From NCBI GenBank assembly GCA_000165425.1, contig CT868296.1, positions 248,001 to 312,000 on the forward strand: 64,000 bases of DNA, in the 5' to 3' direction. A program made the position numbers and the translations under genes. Position 1 is the first letter of the stretch. Each line of letters starts with the position of its first letter. The notes beneath the pieces are model-generated. The model did no database searches. It saw only the letters and a program-made list of their open reading frames with translations, and was not told the DNA's origin. This document shows positions 58,451 through 64,000 of the stretch, in pieces. This DNA comes from Paramecium tetraurelia. Its lineage: Eukaryota.

Positions 58451-58493
58451 ATAAAATATTCATAAAATTCTATAAATTGTAAAATAAGAATTA

Positions 58494-60077
58494 TCAATCC
58501 TCTCTTTTAGAAAATTCAGTATTTTAGAAACTATTATATTCTGAATTTAAAAAAATGGAATTGTAAGTTTACATCTAAATAGAATATATTTTAAATTTTT
58601 TAGAAGTAGAATCCCAAATAACTAAAATATTTCCATCGTCACTTAAATTTCCATAATTGAAATTATCTTAACAATCTATAGTTTAAATAATTTATAACTT
58701 CTCATTAGATAGTTGTTAAATGACATATACATATTTACCGTATTTTTATATTAATACTTATTTTTATGAATTATAAATAGTTGGAAATAAATAATCTCCA
58801 TCGACTTCTGCGTCATGTAATTCTAACTCTAAATCCTTTCTTTCAATTATTTTGTTATTTTTTATATTGAATACTCCTGTGATATCTTTTTGGGAATATT
58901 AGATAACAAGTTTATCCTCATTTATAAAATTAGATCTATAGCCTGTATTATCTATTGAATGTTTATCAGAATATTCATATTGTTAAGTCTGGCTATTTTT
59001 TGTCCAAAGAACTAGAGTTTAATCAAGCTTAGATAAAACTAGACATGTATCTGATGGGTTAATACATAAACTGTATATACTCCATTAAGATTCTAATAAT
59101 TCATATGAAAAGGTGATAGTGTTTTTTTCTAAATTAATGTTCCAAATCCCTACTTTACCTTCGAATCCTCCTGAAAATAATTAATCTTCCTTATTATTTA
59201 AAACCAATGTGTAAACACTAGAATGATGATATTTCTTTGAATTTACAGTGACCCATTTATTGCCAACTAGTTTGGAACAAAATATTTCTCCATCACACCC
59301 ACTTGTAGCAAACCAGTCTATTTTTTTACTGTAAACAGAACATAAAATTCTACCTTTGTGATAATTAAATCTTTCTATCTCCTTAATTTACATCGTATTA
59401 TCAATATCTGATTTTTATAGTTACCATATTTTGACCTCTTATTCACTACTGGCCATCATAAAATTTTTACAAATTTATATTCCACAAGGATATTATTGTT
59501 ATTCTGCTTCTCCTATAAGTTTATAAATTTGATATTGATTCTAGTTCAACCCCATCTTAATTGTATTTTCTTACTTGAATTATATTAGAGAAATTTTAAT
59601 TTACTCTATTTCTTATTGAATTTTGAGAACTTGACTTTCTTTTTCAGCTTACATTTTCAATAAAATAATTTTTTTTTATTTTTCTGAGGTCGACGGATTA
59701 TTTAAATCAAAATAAAATAGTTTTATTTGCTCTTCAAAATCATAGAATTGACATTTGTCCTGTAATTCTTAAATATATTTTTTCCATTTCTCAAAAATTC
59801 TCATGAAGTCATTTTAAAAATTCCTTATTATTTTCTCCTGCTTTGAAAGTTGGACTAAAACAGGATAATATGCTATCTTCAGATTGCTTTCAATCTCATA
59901 AGCAACCCTTTATATTGATTCAACCTTGCCATGGAGTTAGGTGTTTTCATTTATGCAGAAAGTGCAGTAATAATAAACCTTTTATTCATTCTCTTTGAAA
60001 TGAATGAATTCTGTTCTTTAGTTAACATGATGAAGACAAAATTCCTATGGCAATCTTGTTTAGAAATTAGTAAACAT
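58494..60077 (-). CDS. WD40-repeat protein with N-terminal Cys/His knuckle and coiled coil
   Basis: FCLHH..YCTFC start; HSSVYTLVLNNKEDQLFSGGFEGKVGIWNI and similar repeats. Confidence 0.8.
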
Positions 60078-60953
60078 CAAGTTTATTTTTTAAAATAAGA
60101 ACTTGGATTATATTTCATTTATAAATCGATAAATTAATAGAAATTGAATAATATTTTATCAGAAATGTCAGTAATTTCATAAGTGCTAACTTTTTTATTA
60201 CTGGTTATTGTTTCTTATTAGCTGAAATAATTTTTTGCGTTAATTAGTTCAGATATTGATTCGAGCACCTATTTATTATGATTATACTTCATTATAATTT
60301 ATAATTATTTAATTAAAGTAACCTTTGATAACTTTAATTAAATTTATTAACAGTATGAAAAATCAATAAGGGCTTTTCCAAATGTTTATAATAGAATAAC
60401 AATTAAAACAGAAAATTGATGATTAATATAAGTTATAATGTAGGTGCATTGTTCCAAGGAGAAACCAGAACATTTATTAATAAAAGAATCAAGAAAATGG
60501 TTAAAATATTAATTAAAGATCATCGAATATAAATAAATGAATGTAACTTGGATCAAGGAATAGTTTAATAGATAAATATCTTGAATAAAGAAAATAGATT
60601 CTGTTTATTGAGTAATACAAATATTAAGAATATTAATATTGAGAATAATGATAATAGAAGAAGTTTTTCTTTTATACTTTACTTTGTAAATGATTTAAAA
60701 ATCTCCATTAAATTAGATGGATGACTTATAAATAAATTTTGTTGATAATATCATAATTATCTCTAGTTTAGCATTATTAACAATTGAACCTTAATCTTAA
60801 TCACTTATAATTTTCTTTATACCCTCTCAAGTATTAGAAAAGTAGATTTGTTAAGTTTATGAATAGGATTGTGTATTTGGATTTCTTATAGTAATTTATA
60901 TAGTTAGTAAAAATTTATAATTCAAATTAAATTCATATTAAAATACAATCGTT

Positions 60954-61942
60954 ATGCGGTCGCCATCTCTATTTTCACCAGTATTTATCTTTGAGATAAT
61001 AAAAGTCTAAGCAACAAAGATATGAAAAGCAAAATGGGTCTTTTTAAACATTTTCAACAACCAATTAAGTGAACAAAGCTCAATTGGCTGATTTTCGAAA
61101 AGAAATACGCAATAATATTAGTTAAAGAGAACCTTTTGTTCCACAATAGGAAAATAAGCCAATCTCACTAACAAACTGGAAGAAGCATGAAAGAAAAAAT
61201 ACGTAATTTTTTGAAATTAATTAAAGAGATGGCAATGTGGCTAAATATATGGCAAGGTCTTCTCCTAAGAAAAGCTTACCTGGTGGGTTAAATGTAGAAG
61301 AGATCTTGTAAGTATACATTATATTCTTAGCAACAGCCAAAAGAAATTTATAGATAAGAATTAGTCCCAAAATACTTTTTATTATTAACAATAAAGAAAA
61401 GTGGATTAACTATTTAAAAAGGACCATAATGATTCTTTTAGTAAATAAGACAATTCATTTTCTAATTTATTGAAACCAAAGAAGTCATCTTAAGCACTGT
61501 TATCAAGATAATCAGGAAGAGATTAATCTCCAATTAACTTAGAAAGATTTAGAAGTTGGGACACAAAGTTAGATCTTCAACTAAAGCAATTAAATAACTC
61601 TAAAGATATTAGTTTCTATAAATATTCCTAACAACCTTAAAAAGAGAATATTTATGAGACTAGTAAACCACTTTAAACAAAAGATATCTTTAATATCAAT
61701 AAGAATGCTAATAACTTTAATAAATTTTTAAAGAGTTCTTCCCCACCTAAATTTATTGAAAAGATACCCTTAACAGAAATAGTTAAAATGCAGTCATACT
61801 TCTCATAATTACCCACTGTGGAAATTACGACTATCCCAAGAGGGTAAATTTTTTATTTAAACTTTTAAGATATATTTAAGAACTATAGAACTTATAGCAA
61901 ACACTGGCTAGAGTAGTCAGATAGTCATCATAAATTATTTGA
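60954..61942 (+). CDS. Hypothetical protein
   Basis: MRSPSLFSP|SKQQRYEKQNGSFQTFSTTNQVNK...; 3 tiny introns; TGA at 61940-61942. Confidence 0.65.
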
Positions 61943-61953
61943 TCTATTATTGT

Positions 61954-62885
61954 ATCATTTTTATAAACAATTCGTATTTTCTAAATGATCAGGGATATCT
62001 TATGCACTCAGTTGACATAAACATCTTATACAAAAGCATGATCCTTTACATTTTCCTGAGTTACATTAGTAAATTAGTCTATCGATCAAAATTTCAGTGA
62101 TCCCCTAACAAACAAAGCATGGAATAAAATCAGCTATACTTATTATTCTGATTTTCTTTCTTTGTTTAGGGATAGGATTTTCCTATTACTTATTTTGCAA
62201 GGCATTGCAGTTATTTAATTAAAAATGATTATAGTGATCCTTCTTATTATAATAATTTTACCTCTTTTTTTAATTATTCATCGCATTTATAACAAAAATA
62301 AGTGCCACATTTGCAAGTCATAAAACTACAACCTGCTGTTTTTTCAACTAAGATTTTACATTTTGGACATCTGCTAATCTATAATTTTTTCTTTTTTTCT
62401 ATATAACTACCTTCTTTAAGCAATAATGCTTATTCGCAAGTGATTTCAAGTAAATGATCATTATTGCATTTTCTACAATGTTATTATTTACAAACAGGGC
62501 ACTTTTGATGATCTTAAATTATACTTATATAGTAACCTGCAAATTTCCATATCATAAATTTATACGAGCAAGATTAATTCTTACATGCTACAAGGATTTC
62601 ATCATCTATCAAATATTCTATAAGGTTTTGCTTAATTAAAAGTTCACAATATTGTGAATAAAAATCTGAACTAACTATGCTTTATATCCATTAATTATCA
62701 ACAAGCTGAGTATTACAATATGAACATGCGAAATACTTAAGTTAAACCTTTTATTCTCTTATACTTTATTCATATGAAGTTTTTAAACATTGCTTACAAA
62801 AAGAATGTTAGCAGTTTGGAAACCATTGTATGTCAGTCTTCGAAAAATTGGAAAAACATATAAGGCAGCTTTATTATTCATCCAT
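61954..62885 (-). CDS. RBR-type (RING1-IBR-RING2) E3 ubiquitin ligase (3' end approximate)
   Basis: CLICF..CQHSFCKQCL..CSYC; CPVCKQQHCRKCNNDH..TC; RCPKCKILVEKTAGCSFMTCKCGTYFCYKC. Confidence 0.85.
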
Positions 62886-63309
62886 ATAAAATTAATAATA
62901 ATTTTATAATATTATTGACATCTTAGACAACAATTATCATTAGAGTCTTAACAATTAATCAAGAAGTCTAGTCATATTTATTCTTTTATCTGATTTTGTC
63001 GAATAACTTTTTTTGATTAAAAATGCTAGTATCTTATATGAAAATTACCAATTAACAATTAATATATATTCTAATTAGGAGTATATTTTGCATAGTCAAC
63101 ATTCTTAATCAATCAAATATTTTAATCTGTATAAATAAATGAAAAATTATTTAAATATTGAGGTTGGTTTTAAAAACTTTACATTACTAGTTAAAAAATG
63201 ATTAAGTATTTATTAATAAAATATTTAATATATATTGATTTGGATATAAAACATCTTTAAATAGAATTTAAAATATATATTTTATAAGTGAAAAGGCTCA
63301 AACTATCTT

Positions 63310-64000
63310 TCAAATTTATGAATTGTTCGTTGAATGAGGAAAAGACTCTTGTCTAATTAAATAAGAATTTTGGAGAACATTCATTTGTGATAGTGAAAGT
63401 TACATCCCTGTAGACATATTAGTTTCTTAACTAGAAGCATTCGATAAAATTGGAATGCTTTCTTTGAGCATTTATGAATGTGAAAATACACTAGCCATTT
63501 CCTCCCAAAACTTTTAACACATGGAAAAGTCTACATTACGACAAATAATTACATTATTATTAATATTATTATTATTACTAATACTATTGTTAAGGGTAAT
63601 TCTAAAAGACTTAAGAATTATATAAAGATCTAAATTGTTCACTTGGAAATTGCGAATTCTATATGTTAAGTATCTAATTAAGATTTTTGCTTAAACTTTA
63701 ACTTAACACACTTTATGCAGTTATATTTGGTTAAAATTAGTTGTCATCTTCCTCTTTGACCTAGACTTCTGAACTTTCAACTGACGCTATTCCATTCCAA
63801 ACTTCCTCATTTTTTTCATTGATATTATTAAATATATTTTTTTCCTACTCCTTTTCTTTTGTAATAGCATTTAATTTTTTAGATTTCTTTTTTGAAATTT
63901 AAGAATGTTTCTTCTTTTTTACAATACTGTTTTGGCAAGATTAACTACTCTTATTTTAATCCTGCTTTAGAATTTCATCTGATTAATTTGATTTTAATTA
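63310..64000 (-). CDS. 3' part of a hypothetical low-complexity protein entering from beyond the window
   Basis: Q/K/S-rich frame in ciliate code, probable TGA at 63310-63312. Confidence 0.5.

Overview
Gene-dense, very AT-rich eukaryotic DNA from a ciliate, almost certainly a Paramecium macronuclear scaffold. TAA/TAG sit in-frame inside conserved proteins and read as Gln, TGA is the only stop, introns are about 21-30 nt GT..AG, and an epiplasmin gene is present. The supplied standard-code ORF track is therefore mostly fragments or antisense artefacts. Re-translating by eye with the ciliate code gives about 40 genes. Recognisable ones include MYCBP-like, cyclin, epiplasmin, a divergent PKD2-like channel, USP4/15-like DUB, PX-BAR sorting nexin, aquaporin, RPL34, a p25-alpha protein, POC1, ARL3, a ciliate-specific ATP synthase subunit, a CHY zinc finger, Rab2, Rav1/DMXL, a disrupted EF-1-gamma, WD40 and RBR ligase genes. 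The most notable observations are: (i) three adjacent co-oriented genes that each lack catalytic residues (CK1-like pseudokinase, PP4/PP6-like phosphatase with GDYVNRG, UAP1-like protein without the GGxGTR..PK loop); (ii) a VHS-like + coiled-coil + alpha-adaptin-ear protein; (iii) an HP1-like protein with a degenerate chromodomain; (iv) a ubiquitin-fold CAAX protein; (v) single-base lesions in POC1, ARL3 and Rab2 plus a duplicated, broken EF-1-gamma around an N gap, which may be assembly error or pseudogenisation. All family calls come from motif recognition by eye, not database searches, and boundaries of hypothetical genes are approximate.
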